DNA from: a virus
DNA length: 35,156 nt
Virus record (IMG/VR): IMGVR_UViG_3300045600_000024
Span: 1-35,156 of that record
Reading direction: 5' to 3' (one strand)
Of this stretch, positions 1 to 8,096 are shown piece after piece. The position numbers and the translations under genes were made by a program. The stretch's first letter is position 1. Each line of letters starts with the position of its first letter. Below the pieces are notes generated by a model that saw only the letters and a program-made list of their open reading frames with translations, was not told the origin of the DNA and did not search any database.

Positions 1-276
1 GGGCGAACATGTACAAAGCCGACCTGCGCGGGGCCGACCTGTGCGGGGCGAACATGTACAGAGCCGACCTGCGCGGGGCCGACCTGTGCGGGGCGAACCT
101 GCGCGGGGCCGACCTGTGCGGGGCCGACCTGTGCGGGGCGAACATGTACAGAGCCGACCTGCGCGGGGCCGACCTGTGCGGGGCGAACCTGCGCTGGGCG
201 AACCTGCGCGGGGCGAACCTGTGCGGGGCCGACCTGCGCGAGGCAAACCTGCGCGGGGCCGACCTGCGCGGGGCCA
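1..276 (+). repeat. Coding tandem repeats: 15-nt pentapeptide units arranged in 45-nt higher-order copies
   Basis: Units gccgacctg(c/t)gcggg and gcgaacctg(c/t)gcggg. The 45-mers at 45-89 and 135-179 are identical; near-identical copies occur at 1-44, 35022 and 35112. Confidence 0.95.
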
Positions 277-626
277 AGGACACATCTCCCCTCGTCTGCG
301 CCATGACCTCGATTCTGCCCGCTGGCGAGCTGGTCGGCTGGAAGATGGCGTGTGGACGGCTGATTGAGCTACGCATCCCAGCCGACGCCCGCAGGAACAA
401 CGCGACGGGACGCAAGTGCCGCTGCGACAAGGCCGTTGTGACGAGCATCACCGACGAGGATGGCAATCCGGTCGAATCGACGAAGTCGAGCTACGACAAG
501 GACTTCGTCTACCACGTAGGAGAGACGGTCACCCCTGACAGCTTCGACGAAGACCGCTGGGACGAGTGCTCGCACGGCATCCACTTTTTTATCACCAAAG
601 AGGAGGCAATCGACTACGCAAGCTAG
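1..626 (+). CDS. Pentapeptide-repeat protein, 3' part (5' end cut by window edge; N-terminal part is 34935..35156 if circular) with about 100-aa non-repeat C-terminal domain
   Basis: ORF track 9..626, frame open from nt 3. More than 25 consecutive A(D/N)L(R/C)G pentapeptides, then a globular tail GELVGWKMACGRLIELRIP...HGIHFFITKEEA. I recall this tail as the DUF5758-type module often fused to pentapeptide repeats (unverified). Confidence 0.85.
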   Translation, partial: ANMYKADLRGADLCGANMYRADLRGADLCGANLRGADLCGADLCGANMYRADLRGADLCGANLRWANLRGANLCGADLREANLRGADLRGAKDTSPLVCAMTSILPAGELVGWKMACGRLIELRIPADARRNNATGRKCRCDKAVVTSITDEDGNPVESTKSSYDKDFVYHVGETVTPDSFDEDRWDECSHGIHFFITKEEAIDYAS

Positions 627-693
627 CAATAGCAGATGGCCCCTACGTGCTAGCACACGCGGGGCCGCGCCCACGAGTCAAGGAGGCTCACAT

Positions 694-1437
694 ATGGACA
701 ATACAAGTATACAGGTGTTTAACAACGAGCGTTTCGGGCGCCTGCGGGCGACCATGAAAGATGGTGAGCCGTGGTTCGTGGCGGCTGACGTGTGCGACGC
801 GCTGGGGCTTGGAAATGCAAGCCGTGCGCTTATGAGACTTGACGATGACGAAAAGGGTCTTACTTCAAGTAATACCCTTGGCGGTGAGCAGCTATTGCTT
901 TCCGTCAACGAGTCGGGAATCTACCGCCTCGTGCTCTCCTCTCGCAAGAAAGAGGCCAAGCCATTTCAGCGCTGGGTCACCCACGATGTTCTCCCCTCCA
1001 TCCGTCGCGATGGCGGCTACCTCGTGGCACGAGACGAGACGCCCGAGCAGACCATGGCACGCGCCATACTGCTCGCCCAGTCCACCATGGAGCGCCAGAG
1101 GGCGCAGATTGACGAGCTCGCGCCCAAGGCGTTCTTCGCCGATGCGGTAGCAAGCTCCGACACGCTCATCCTCGTCCGCGACCTCGCCCACGTCCTCGCG
1201 CAGAACGGTCTCGGAATCGGACAGAACCGGCTTTTCGCGCTGCTCAGGAAGGATGGGTACCTTGAGCAGCACCGAAACGAAGCCACGCAGAAGAGCATCG
1301 AGCTTGGCGTGATGCGCATGACCTCGGGCGTGTACATGGGCGCTGACGGAAACTCTCACACCAAGCGCACCGCGAAGGTCACGGGCAAGGGGCAGCAGTA
1401 CTTCGTGGCCCGCTACTGCGGCAAGGGGGTGGCCTAG
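694..1437 (+). CDS. Phage antirepressor (Bro-N domain plus KilAC/ANT C-terminal domain)
   Basis: N-terminus IQVFNNERFGRLRATMKDGEPWFVAADVCDALGLGNASRAL is a typical Bro-N signature. C-terminus ...LAPKAFFADAVASSDTLILVRDLAHVLAQNGLGIGQNRLFALLRKDGYL is KilAC-like. AAGGAGG RBS 7 nt upstream. Confidence 0.8.
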   Translation: MDNTSIQVFNNERFGRLRATMKDGEPWFVAADVCDALGLGNASRALMRLDDDEKGLTSSNTLGGEQLLLSVNESGIYRLVLSSRKKEAKPFQRWVTHDVLPSIRRDGGYLVARDETPEQTMARAILLAQSTMERQRAQIDELAPKAFFADAVASSDTLILVRDLAHVLAQNGLGIGQNRLFALLRKDGYLEQHRNEATQKSIELGVMRMTSGVYMGADGNSHTKRTAKVTGKGQQYFVARYCGKGVA

Positions 1438-1569
1438 ATGCCTGACGAGTGGTATGAGCTGGTGGCCGACGTGCGCGGCATGACGCTTCGTGACTGGCTG
1501 GTGCTCGCGCTGGGGCTTGGCGTGCTGTTCATCCTGCTGTGGTTCGGCCTTTTCTGGGCGGTGATGTGA
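1438..1569 (+). CDS. Small hydrophobic (single TM) protein, 43 aa
   Basis: ATG abuts the upstream stop (TAGATG). Product MPDEWYELVADVRGMTLRDWLVLALGLGVLFILLWFGLFWAVM. Its stop overlaps the next ATG (TGATG). Below the ORF-track size cut-off. Confidence 0.45.
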   Translation: MPDEWYELVADVRGMTLRDWLVLALGLGVLFILLWFGLFWAVM

Positions 1570-1820
1570 TGCGCGGGCCGGAATGGGCGCGTGGCATGCA
1601 GAACGACCACAAATGGGACTGCGACCGCTCAGAACCGCCCGAGCACATGTCGCCAGCTTCGGTGCTCGTGGCCGAGCGGGGCAGGTGGAAGCTCATGCGC
1701 TCGACGCTCGCGAGAGGTTACTTCGCCGTCCACGACGACCACGGCCGCTACCTGCTGGGCGCGACCGACGACGTGGGCGCCATGGTCGAGTTCCTGCGGC
1801 ACGTCGAGGGGAGGGCGTGA
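1569..1820 (+). CDS. Hypothetical protein, cassette member A1 (paralog of 2656..2910)
   Basis: Frame of ORF 1539..1820; ATG overlaps the upstream TGA. Shares SPASVL..G.W.L.RSTLARGY.AV...HGR.LL.AT with 2656..2910. Confidence 0.55.
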   Translation: MRGPEWARGMQNDHKWDCDRSEPPEHMSPASVLVAERGRWKLMRSTLARGYFAVHDDHGRYLLGATDDVGAMVEFLRHVEGRA

Positions 1821-2113
1821 TGGAGCCTACAACGACGAAAAGCCCTTTCTCGAGCGTCATGACGCCCGCTGAGGTCGCAGCCTACCTCGGCCAGACGCCG
1901 CCAGAGGAGCACACCCGCATCACCTTCACGATCGGCGTGGACGCGATAGGCTCTGCCTCGCGGCTGCTCGTGGTCGCGGATTGCCCCAACGACGATGCCA
2001 AGACCGTGCGCGGTCGCATAAGCGACGCCCTGCACGGGCTGGGCCTCACGGGGAGCGTCCGCCAGGAGCGCGTGACATACGGCGGTGACGGCAGGGATGA
2101 CCGACGAGCTTAG
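1820..2113 (+). CDS. Hypothetical protein, cassette member B1 (paralog of 2911..3150)
   Basis: Frame of ORF 1583..2113; ATG overlaps the stop of A1 (GTGATGG). Shares TR..F.I..D...V.A.C..D...VR.RI.DALH...GS with 2911..3150. Confidence 0.55.
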   Translation: MEPTTTKSPFSSVMTPAEVAAYLGQTPPEEHTRITFTIGVDAIGSASRLLVVADCPNDDAKTVRGRISDALHGLGLTGSVRQERVTYGGDGRDDRRA

Positions 2114-2486
2114 GTTCTTCGTCCCCGCCAAGTTCCCGAGTCTCAACGAACTTATCGGAGCGGCGAACCACAACCGCTTCGACGGCGGGCGGATGAAGAA
2201 GAAGTACACCGCCATCGCCGAGTCCTGCGCACGCAGGGCTGCTATAGAGACGGGCTGGATGGCTCCCGAAGGCCCCGTATCCATCGCTATCACGTGGGTC
2301 GAGCGGGACAGGCGGCGCGACCAGGACAACGTCACGGCGGGTCAGAAGTACCTGCTGGACGGCATCGTGGCTGCGGGAGTCCTGCTGGATGACTCGCAGA
2401 GGTACGTCCCGCAGCCGAGCACGAACGAAATCACTTTCGACAAGAACAGACCCGGGGTCTGGGTCACGATCAGGAGATCGGAGTAG
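2097..2486 (+). CDS. rusA: RusA-family Holliday junction resolvase
   Basis: ORF 2085..2486. FVPAKFPSLNELI..., acidic DRRRDQDNV and GVLLDDSQ motifs typical of RusA-like resolvases. Size about 130 aa. Confidence 0.8.
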   Translation: MTDELRFFVPAKFPSLNELIGAANHNRFDGGRMKKKYTAIAESCARRAAIETGWMAPEGPVSIAITWVERDRRRDQDNVTAGQKYLLDGIVAAGVLLDDSQRYVPQPSTNEITFDKNRPGVWVTIRRSE

Positions 2487-2489
2487 GAC

Positions 2490-2663
2490 ATGGACGGACA
2501 TGATTACGTCGAGCGTACACAGCTCGATGCGGCACTTCGTGCGCTCGCAGATGCGCAGCACCGCCACGACGTTGACCAGCGCACCATCGAGTGGTTGCAG
2601 GGGCACGTCCACCTTGACGAACCGGTTTCCGATGACGAGCGCGTGGGCGGCACTGATGACTAG
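2490..2663 (+). CDS. Small hypothetical protein, 57 aa
   Basis: ATG 4 nt after the rusA stop, preceded by GGAG. Product MDGHDYVERTQLDAALRALADAQHRHDVDQRTIEWLQGHVHLDEPVSDDERVGGTDD. Overlaps the next start by 8 nt. Not in the track (under 60 aa). Confidence 0.4.
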   Translation: MDGHDYVERTQLDAALRALADAQHRHDVDQRTIEWLQGHVHLDEPVSDDERVGGTDD

Positions 2664-2910
2664 CTACGGCTTCGGCGCACATGGGCCGTACTCACGTACT
2701 CCCGTGCCAGCCGACTACGACCCCGCTGCGCACCTCTCGCCCGCGTCCGTGCTCATGGAGAGCGTGGGGGACTGGCGGCTTGTGCGCTCGACGCTCGCAA
2801 GGGGCTACTACGCGGTGCGACCCGAGCATGGCAGGCGTCTGCTGCGAGCAACATCTGACGAGGCCGCACGCGAGGAGTTCCACCGCATCATGAAGCGGGA
2901 GGGCGATTAG
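2656..2910 (+). CDS. Hypothetical protein, cassette member A2 (paralog of 1569..1820)
   Basis: In-frame ATG within ORF 2389..2910. About half of the aligned residues match A1 by eye, including the identical block RSTLARGY. Confidence 0.55.
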   Translation: MTSYGFGAHGPYSRTPVPADYDPAAHLSPASVLMESVGDWRLVRSTLARGYYAVRPEHGRRLLRATSDEAAREEFHRIMKREGD

Positions 2911-3150
2911 ATGCTTGATACGCATAGTTGCGTCACGCCTGAGCAGCTAGCACAGTTGCAGCGGGGCATGACGCCCACGCCGCGCACGCGGATGAGGTTT
3001 TCCATCCACGCGGACGGTTTTCCCGACAGCGCGGAGGTGCGCGTCATTGCGGAGTGCGACGCGGCGGACGAGGCAGACGTACGGCGGCGCATCACGGACG
3101 CGCTGCACACGATGGACTGGCACGGGAGCATAAAGCGAGGGAGGATTTGA
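2911..3150 (+). CDS. Hypothetical protein, cassette member B2 (paralog of 1820..2113)
   Basis: ORF track 2911..3150; ATG directly follows the stop of A2 (TAGATG). Conserved blocks shared with B1. Confidence 0.55.
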   Translation: MLDTHSCVTPEQLAQLQRGMTPTPRTRMRFSIHADGFPDSAEVRVIAECDAADEADVRRRITDALHTMDWHGSIKRGRI

Positions 3151-3151
3151 C

Positions 3152-4300
3152 GTGGACGAGGGAGAGAAGCCGCAGGAGGTCGAGGCGGAGGTCATCGACG
3201 TTCCCGAGGTAATTACGGGCGCTGATAAATGGCTCTCGGAGCAGCGGGCGAAGGTCACCAAGATAGCCGAGGAGTACAAGCCGCACGAGATCACGACGGG
3301 CAGGGACTACAGCGACTCCAAGCGGGCGAGGTCTCAGGCGCGCAAGGAGATAAAGGCCGTCGAGGACTCGCGCCGCGCCCAGGTGGGCGCCATCAAGGAC
3401 GCGGTGAGGGACTTCGAGGCGTCCGTGCGCGACCTCCTCGTGCCGCTCAAGGACGTAGATACCGACTACAAGGCCGCGCTGGACGGGTGGGAGCGCATCG
3501 TCATCGACTCGCGCACGCAGGCCATCCAAGCGTGGTACGAGGATTCTCAAGGCGACGTGGCGAGCCTGGTCCCCTTTGACGCGCTCTGGGCTAAGTTCGC
3601 CGACGCGGGCAAGTGGAACCTTTACGGCACTAACGAGGTCGCCATCCAAGACGGAGTGACCGCAGCCGTCGCGGGCATCGAGCGCGATCTGGACACCATC
3701 AAGCGTGCGCCCTACGAGGACGCTGACCGCAAGACCATCACCGAGCGGTACCTTTCGTCACTCGACCTCTCTGCGGCCCTTAGAGACGCCGAGGAGGCGC
3801 GTCAGCGGCGCGAGCGCATGGCGGCCGTCGAGAGGGAGCGCGCCGAGCGTGAGGAGATGGCACGGGCCGAGGAGGAGCGCGACAGATTGCGCCGAGAGCA
3901 GGCAGAGCAGGAGGAGCGCGAGCGCGCCGAGGCCGAGAGGGCGGCGGCTCTCGCGGCCGCGGAGGAGGCACGGCAACGTCGCGTCGCGGAGGGCATGGAG
4001 GCACCGGCCGCGCCAGAGCCTGAGCCCGAGTCCGAGACGACACCGGCCGCGCCCGACACCACGCAGCACGACATGCTCCGCGACCTCGCGGGGGCCACGA
4101 CGTGGGTGGCCACGGTCGAGGCGACGGGAGACGAGATGCGGGCCATGGGCGCGTACCTACGCCAGCACGGGCTGCACGGCGGAATCACCGACACGCACGT
4201 GGCGCTCAGCGACGCTCAGGCCAAGGCTTTGCGTCAGGCAGCCGTGGAGATTGCTCCGAAGATTGCCGAGAGACAGACATCATACGAGAGAGAGGCATAG
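3152..4300 (+). CDS. DUF1351-like recombination-module protein with E/R-rich coiled coil
   Basis: ORF track (GTG start). Pattern SKRARSQARKEIKAVEDSRRAQVGAIKDAVRDFEASV...WE resembles DUF1351 proteins that precede recT in Gram-positive phages. Long ERAEREE low-complexity segment. Confidence 0.6.
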   Translation: MDEGEKPQEVEAEVIDVPEVITGADKWLSEQRAKVTKIAEEYKPHEITTGRDYSDSKRARSQARKEIKAVEDSRRAQVGAIKDAVRDFEASVRDLLVPLKDVDTDYKAALDGWERIVIDSRTQAIQAWYEDSQGDVASLVPFDALWAKFADAGKWNLYGTNEVAIQDGVTAAVAGIERDLDTIKRAPYEDADRKTITERYLSSLDLSAALRDAEEARQRRERMAAVERERAEREEMARAEEERDRLRREQAEQEERERAEAERAAALAAAEEARQRRVAEGMEAPAAPEPEPESETTPAAPDTTQHDMLRDLAGATTWVATVEATGDEMRAMGAYLRQHGLHGGITDTHVALSDAQAKALRQAAVEIAPKIAERQTSYEREA

Positions 4301-4302
4301 AC

Positions 4303-5154
4303 ATGGCAGACAGCACAGAACTGGCTACTGTTAGACCGCAGGCAATATCAATCAGTGAGCAGATGGCGTTCGCACGCGAGGCCGCAAACGCCAACATCAT
4401 CCCTGAGGCGTACCGCAGAAGCCCCGCGAATGTCCTTATAGCTGTGGGATTTGGTCAGTCAATGGGCCTATCTCCCGCCGAGAGCCTTTACCGCATCAAC
4501 GTCATCCAGGGCAAGCCGACCGCGAGCGCTGAACTTATCGCTGCGCAGGTCCGCAAGGCTGGTCACAAGCTTAGGCTTACAAAGGACGAGGCCGCACAGT
4601 CCGTCACATGCACTATCGTTCGCGCCGATGACCCCAAGTTTCCGATCAGTGTCACGCGCGACAAAACGTGGGCACAGGCCATGAACTTGGCGAACAAGGA
4701 CAATTACCGTAAGCAGGCCATGACCATGCTCACGTGGAGAGCAATTACCGCATGCGCCAGGGAGGCATGCCCTGAGGCGCTCTACGGCGTCGCCTACACT
4801 CCTGACGAGATGGGAGATTTTGCAGAAGCAACGGCTCCGCAGGCTCCGCAGATGCCGGTAGTGGATTTGCAGCCCATCAGAGACCGCATCAGGCTATGGA
4901 GCGCGGCCAACGGTACGTCGCTGGCGGACGGCACGAAGCGCATCTGCGCGAAGTACGGCGTGTCGCACATGGAGGAACTCTCTCAGGCACAGGTCACCGA
5001 TGCGGTCAAGGCTATGGACATCGCTATCGCCGAGGCACGCGCTCGCGAGGCAGTGGAAGAGACTACGCCTGAAGCGTCAGTCCCCGCGGATGTCAACCCT
5101 GAGACGGGAGAGGTCACGGAGCCGGAATTGTACGATGGGGATGTGACGTTCTGA
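4303..5154 (+). CDS. recT: RecT/Red-beta superfamily single-strand annealing protein
   Basis: In-frame ATG of ORF 4102..5154, just after the upstream stop. NIIPEAYRRSPANVLIAVGFGQSMGLSPAESLYRINVIQGKPTASAELIAAQVRKAGHK resembles phage RecT recombinases. Sits between the DUF1351-like gene and ssb. Confidence 0.75.
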   Translation: MADSTELATVRPQAISISEQMAFAREAANANIIPEAYRRSPANVLIAVGFGQSMGLSPAESLYRINVIQGKPTASAELIAAQVRKAGHKLRLTKDEAAQSVTCTIVRADDPKFPISVTRDKTWAQAMNLANKDNYRKQAMTMLTWRAITACAREACPEALYGVAYTPDEMGDFAEATAPQAPQMPVVDLQPIRDRIRLWSAANGTSLADGTKRICAKYGVSHMEELSQAQVTDAVKAMDIAIAEARAREAVEETTPEASVPADVNPETGEVTEPELYDGDVTF

Positions 5155-5606
5155 TGGCGAGCAATATCAACCGTGTGATCATTTCAGGCAACCTCACGCG
5201 CGACCCGGAGATTAGGCAGACGGCAAGCGGTACCAGCATCCTCAGCTTCGGCGTATCCGTCAACGATCGTCGCAAGAACCAGCAGACCGGCGAGTGGGAG
5301 GACGTTCCCAACTGGGTGGACTGTATCGTCTTCGGTGCGCGCGCAGAACCGCTTAGCCGCTTTCTCTCCAAGGGCGCGAAGGTCGCCATCGAGGGCAAGC
5401 TCCGCTACAGCTCGTGGGAGTCGAAGGACGGAGGCAAGCGCTCAAAGCTAGAGGTAGTCGTTGACGAGGTCGAGTTCCTCTCCGCAAGGAACCAGCAGGG
5501 CGGACAGTCCGCTCCGACGTACTCCGCTCCTCCGACGTACTCCGCTCCTCCAAAGGCCGCAGTACCGTCGAAGGCCGACCCGTACGACGAATCCATTCCC
5601 TTCTAG
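5154..5606 (+). CDS. ssb: Single-stranded DNA-binding protein
   Basis: NRVIISGNLTRDPEIRQT.SG..ILSFGVSVN OB-fold signature, Gly/Pro/Gln linker and acidic C-terminal tip DPYDESIPF. Confidence 0.92.
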   Translation: MASNINRVIISGNLTRDPEIRQTASGTSILSFGVSVNDRRKNQQTGEWEDVPNWVDCIVFGARAEPLSRFLSKGAKVAIEGKLRYSSWESKDGGKRSKLEVVVDEVEFLSARNQQGGQSAPTYSAPPTYSAPPKAAVPSKADPYDESIPF

Positions 5607-5616
5607 GAGGTGCGAG

Positions 5617-5925
5617 ATGGCCGAGGATGATTGTATACGGCTTTTTAGCACCGACCAGGAACGCACCGTAAGCGTGACGGTGAAGGAGCTGCGCAAGCTG
5701 TACGAGGGCGCACGCTTCGACGGAGAGTTTGATGTGCGTGGATATCACGCCTCCGTCACCGAACGGACGGCCCACGCGATATTCCACGACGAGGATACGG
5801 GCACGTCAAGAGGCCATCGCTACCGCACGTGCTCGCGCTGCAAAACCAAGCTACCAGGATATCGGCAGTACAACTTCTGCCCGAAATGCGGTACCAGGTT
5901 GGTCTACGAATATGATCGGTACTGA
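5617..5925 (+). CDS. Hypothetical protein with C-terminal zinc ribbon (paralog of 6819..7142)
   Basis: AGGAGG RBS 6 nt upstream. CSRC...FCPKCG motif. N-terminal IRLFSTDQERTVSVTVKELRKLYEG matches LRIFEADPRRVVSVTVEELQKVYYAG. Confidence 0.6.
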   Translation: MAEDDCIRLFSTDQERTVSVTVKELRKLYEGARFDGEFDVRGYHASVTERTAHAIFHDEDTGTSRGHRYRTCSRCKTKLPGYRQYNFCPKCGTRLVYEYDRY

Positions 5926-5997
5926 CTGATAGTTTCAAAACTTTACACGTTAGCGGTAACGGGGTCTGCATGGCAGACTCCTAGGAGGAGGTACTGA

Positions 5998-6189
5998 ATG
6001 TTTGCGGTGATAGACGCAAAGGGTCATGACGTCTTCGAGGGCGACACGGTGGTTGACTGCTTCGGAGACGAGCACGTGGTCGCGAGGATCGTCCCGCAGT
6101 CGGCTATCCAGGCGTACATAGTTGACGCGGACGGCAGGGACATGATGCCGTGGCTCACCGAGAGGACGAACAAGCACACGGCGAACTAA
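5998..6189 (+). CDS. Hypothetical protein
   Basis: ORF track; GGAGGAGG RBS upstream of the ATG. Confidence 0.5.
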   Translation: MFAVIDAKGHDVFEGDTVVDCFGDEHVVARIVPQSAIQAYIVDADGRDMMPWLTERTNKHTAN

Positions 6190-6205
6190 CCGAGAAGGAG
6201 GAGCT

Positions 6206-6832
6206 ATGGACGAGAAGACGGACCCGCTGGACGAGTTGCGTGACATGGCCGCAGGCGGAACGGGAGTCGCAAGGGAGCTGAGGCGCATTGCAGTCGCATG
6301 GGATAACGAGCGCGACTGTAGAAATTTCTGCTACGACACGCTTCGCAATGAGATGCAAGCGAAATACGAAGCCGAGTGCTCTGCGAACGACAGGCTGCGC
6401 ACCGAAGTCAAGTGGCTGACTGCCGAGCGCGACGAGCTGATGGCCAAGCTCGACGCATCCATGCCGCTGCCGATCGATGCGGACGGGGAGGTTATCAGGC
6501 CAGGTGACATGGTATGCGACAAGGTGCACGGTACCTTCCCAGCGTGCGAGGTTGGCTACCTGGACGATGGCCGCGTGAAGGTCTACCAAAACGACCACAT
6601 ATGTGCAATGGCAAGCGCAGTACGCCACGCTTCCAAGCCCGAGACCATCGAGGACGTGCGCGAGGACGTAAGCGGAAACGTATGCAAATACTTTGGATAC
6701 GGTAGCCGTAGTACGTGCGACAAATGCCCCGCTGACGGCTCGGAGGACTGCGGAAACGTCAAGGCCGCCGACCTCGTGGAGCGTGCCTACGAATGCGGAT
6801 TGAAGGACGGTGGCGACGATGCCAGAGACTGA
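6206..6832 (+). CDS. Hypothetical protein (coiled-coil N-terminal half, Cys-rich C-terminal part)
   Basis: ORF track; GAAGGAGGAG RBS. No family recognised. Confidence 0.6.
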   Translation: MDEKTDPLDELRDMAAGGTGVARELRRIAVAWDNERDCRNFCYDTLRNEMQAKYEAECSANDRLRTEVKWLTAERDELMAKLDASMPLPIDADGEVIRPGDMVCDKVHGTFPACEVGYLDDGRVKVYQNDHICAMASAVRHASKPETIEDVREDVSGNVCKYFGYGSRSTCDKCPADGSEDCGNVKAADLVERAYECGLKDGGDDARD

Positions 6833-7142
6833 CGAGCTGCGAATCTTCGAGGCTGACCCCAGGCGGGTGGTCAGCGTGACCGTGGAGGAATTGCAGAAAG
6901 TCTATTACGCAGGATGGGCCACAGCCCACGGTGAATATGAATGCCCCGTTGCGATTCATGAGCGGACGTGCCACACGAACGGCGCACCCGACCCTTACAC
7001 AACTCATGTTGTGACACGGTTCAACCCCTCGGGAGGCACCTTTTCCTGCGCATGGCCGTACATACGCTGTGACATTTGCCGAGCCGACATTCCATCCGGC
7101 AGTAAATTTTGCCCAAACTGTGGCTCAACGGTGGTGGAGTGA
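6819..7142 (+). CDS. Hypothetical protein with C-terminal zinc ribbon (paralog of 5617..5925)
   Basis: ORF 6810..7142; ATG at 6819. CDIC...FCPNCG motif. See the paralog. Confidence 0.6.
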   Translation: MPETDELRIFEADPRRVVSVTVEELQKVYYAGWATAHGEYECPVAIHERTCHTNGAPDPYTTHVVTRFNPSGGTFSCAWPYIRCDICRADIPSGSKFCPNCGSTVVE

Positions 7143-7402
7143 TGACACGACCAACGGATTTAATCAGGGAATACGGCGCGGCCATACGCGGCAGCTGGTA
7201 CGGGCTCGACGGCAGGGGCGTCAGAGCTGACCTCAACTTCCTGGCCAAATTGGTAGAAGAAAACGAGAACGCAGCCTTGTCCGAAACCGAGGTCGCGAAT
7301 GCCAGATGCCGTCTTGACATATGCCCGAATGGTGGCGGGCATTGGACGGAATTCTGCGATGAATCATGCAATGCGAAGGCGGTGAGTGATGACAATCGAT
7401 GA
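7142..7402 (+). CDS. Hypothetical protein
   Basis: In-frame ATG overlapping the upstream stop (GTGATGA) in ORF 7109..7402. Confidence 0.5.
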   Translation: MTRPTDLIREYGAAIRGSWYGLDGRGVRADLNFLAKLVEENENAALSETEVANARCRLDICPNGGGHWTEFCDESCNAKAVSDDNR

Positions 7403-7655
7403 GGCGATTAATCATTGTCTTGACATTTCGAGCGTTACCTGCGGCGGATGCTCTGACGAGCACATGCAGCTCGCAGTCTGGTTGGAAGAGCTTAAACGTC
7501 TTAGGGTCGAGGAAAAAATCGCGCTGGATTTGCTCGATGCCTATGGCATGGCAGCGCGGCACTTGCCCGAACAATATGACCGGGTGATGGCGATGATGAC
7601 GATAAACGGATTCAAAGCCCGTCTTCGCGCGTTAGGAATCGAGGTGCCGGAATGA
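7386..7655 (+). CDS. Hypothetical protein
   Basis: ORF track; overlapping start/stop chain with its neighbours. Confidence 0.5.
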   Translation: MMTIDEAINHCLDISSVTCGGCSDEHMQLAVWLEELKRLRVEEKIALDLLDAYGMAARHLPEQYDRVMAMMTINGFKARLRALGIEVPE

Positions 7656-7867
7656 TTGGCCCGACCAGAAACATACGCACCATGTATCAAGAGGCCAACG
7701 TATGCGGGATCTGTATGTGGTTTGACCCTTGCGCATTCGCAAGTGATGACCTTTTTAAATTTGGCACTTGCGACCTCGACGGAATGGGGCAGCTCGCCAA
7801 TTGTGAGGTATTTGAATGTCATGGATATCGAAGAAAGCCGGAGGTGCCAGATGCCAAGAGTGACTAA
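7652..7867 (+). CDS. Small Cys-rich hypothetical protein
   Basis: ORF track; ATG overlaps the upstream stop (ATGA). CGIC...C...C..FEC cysteine pattern. Confidence 0.5.
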   Translation: MIGPTRNIRTMYQEANVCGICMWFDPCAFASDDLFKFGTCDLDGMGQLANCEVFECHGYRRKPEVPDAKSD

Positions 7868-8096
7868 GCGCCCTGTCTGGATTGTCAGCGTGTATGGCGG
7901 TGAGTACGAAGATGCCTGGGAGCATGCGCGTTCCGTCTACACCAGCAAGGAAATGGCAGAGATAGCCGCCGAGAATATCAACCGCAAAATCGAGCTGGAC
8001 GGTAATGACCCCTACGGATTTGACGATGATCCAGTAGGTGCGCTCGTTCGTAAGTCATTCTTAGTGGATGTCAAGCCGGTGGTCCCAGATGCCTAG
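7851..8096 (+). CDS. Hypothetical protein
   Basis: In-frame ATG of ORF 7656..8096, preceded by GGAGG. Confidence 0.5.
   Translation: MPRVTKRPVWIVSVYGGEYEDAWEHARSVYTSKEMAEIAAENINRKIELDGNDPYGFDDDPVGALVRKSFLVDVKPVVPDA

Noticed and set aside
1-276. Regularly spaced near-identical 15/45-nt repeats that could be mistaken for a CRISPR array or satellite.
   Set aside because: The repeats are contiguous with no spacers. They sit in one open frame encoding canonical A(D/N)LXX pentapeptides, and no cas genes are present.
627-693. Palindrome GTGCTAGCAC in the short gap before the antirepressor gene, as a possible operator or terminator.
   Set aside because: It is a single 10-bp palindrome with no T tract and no repeat partner. 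There is too little evidence to call it a site.
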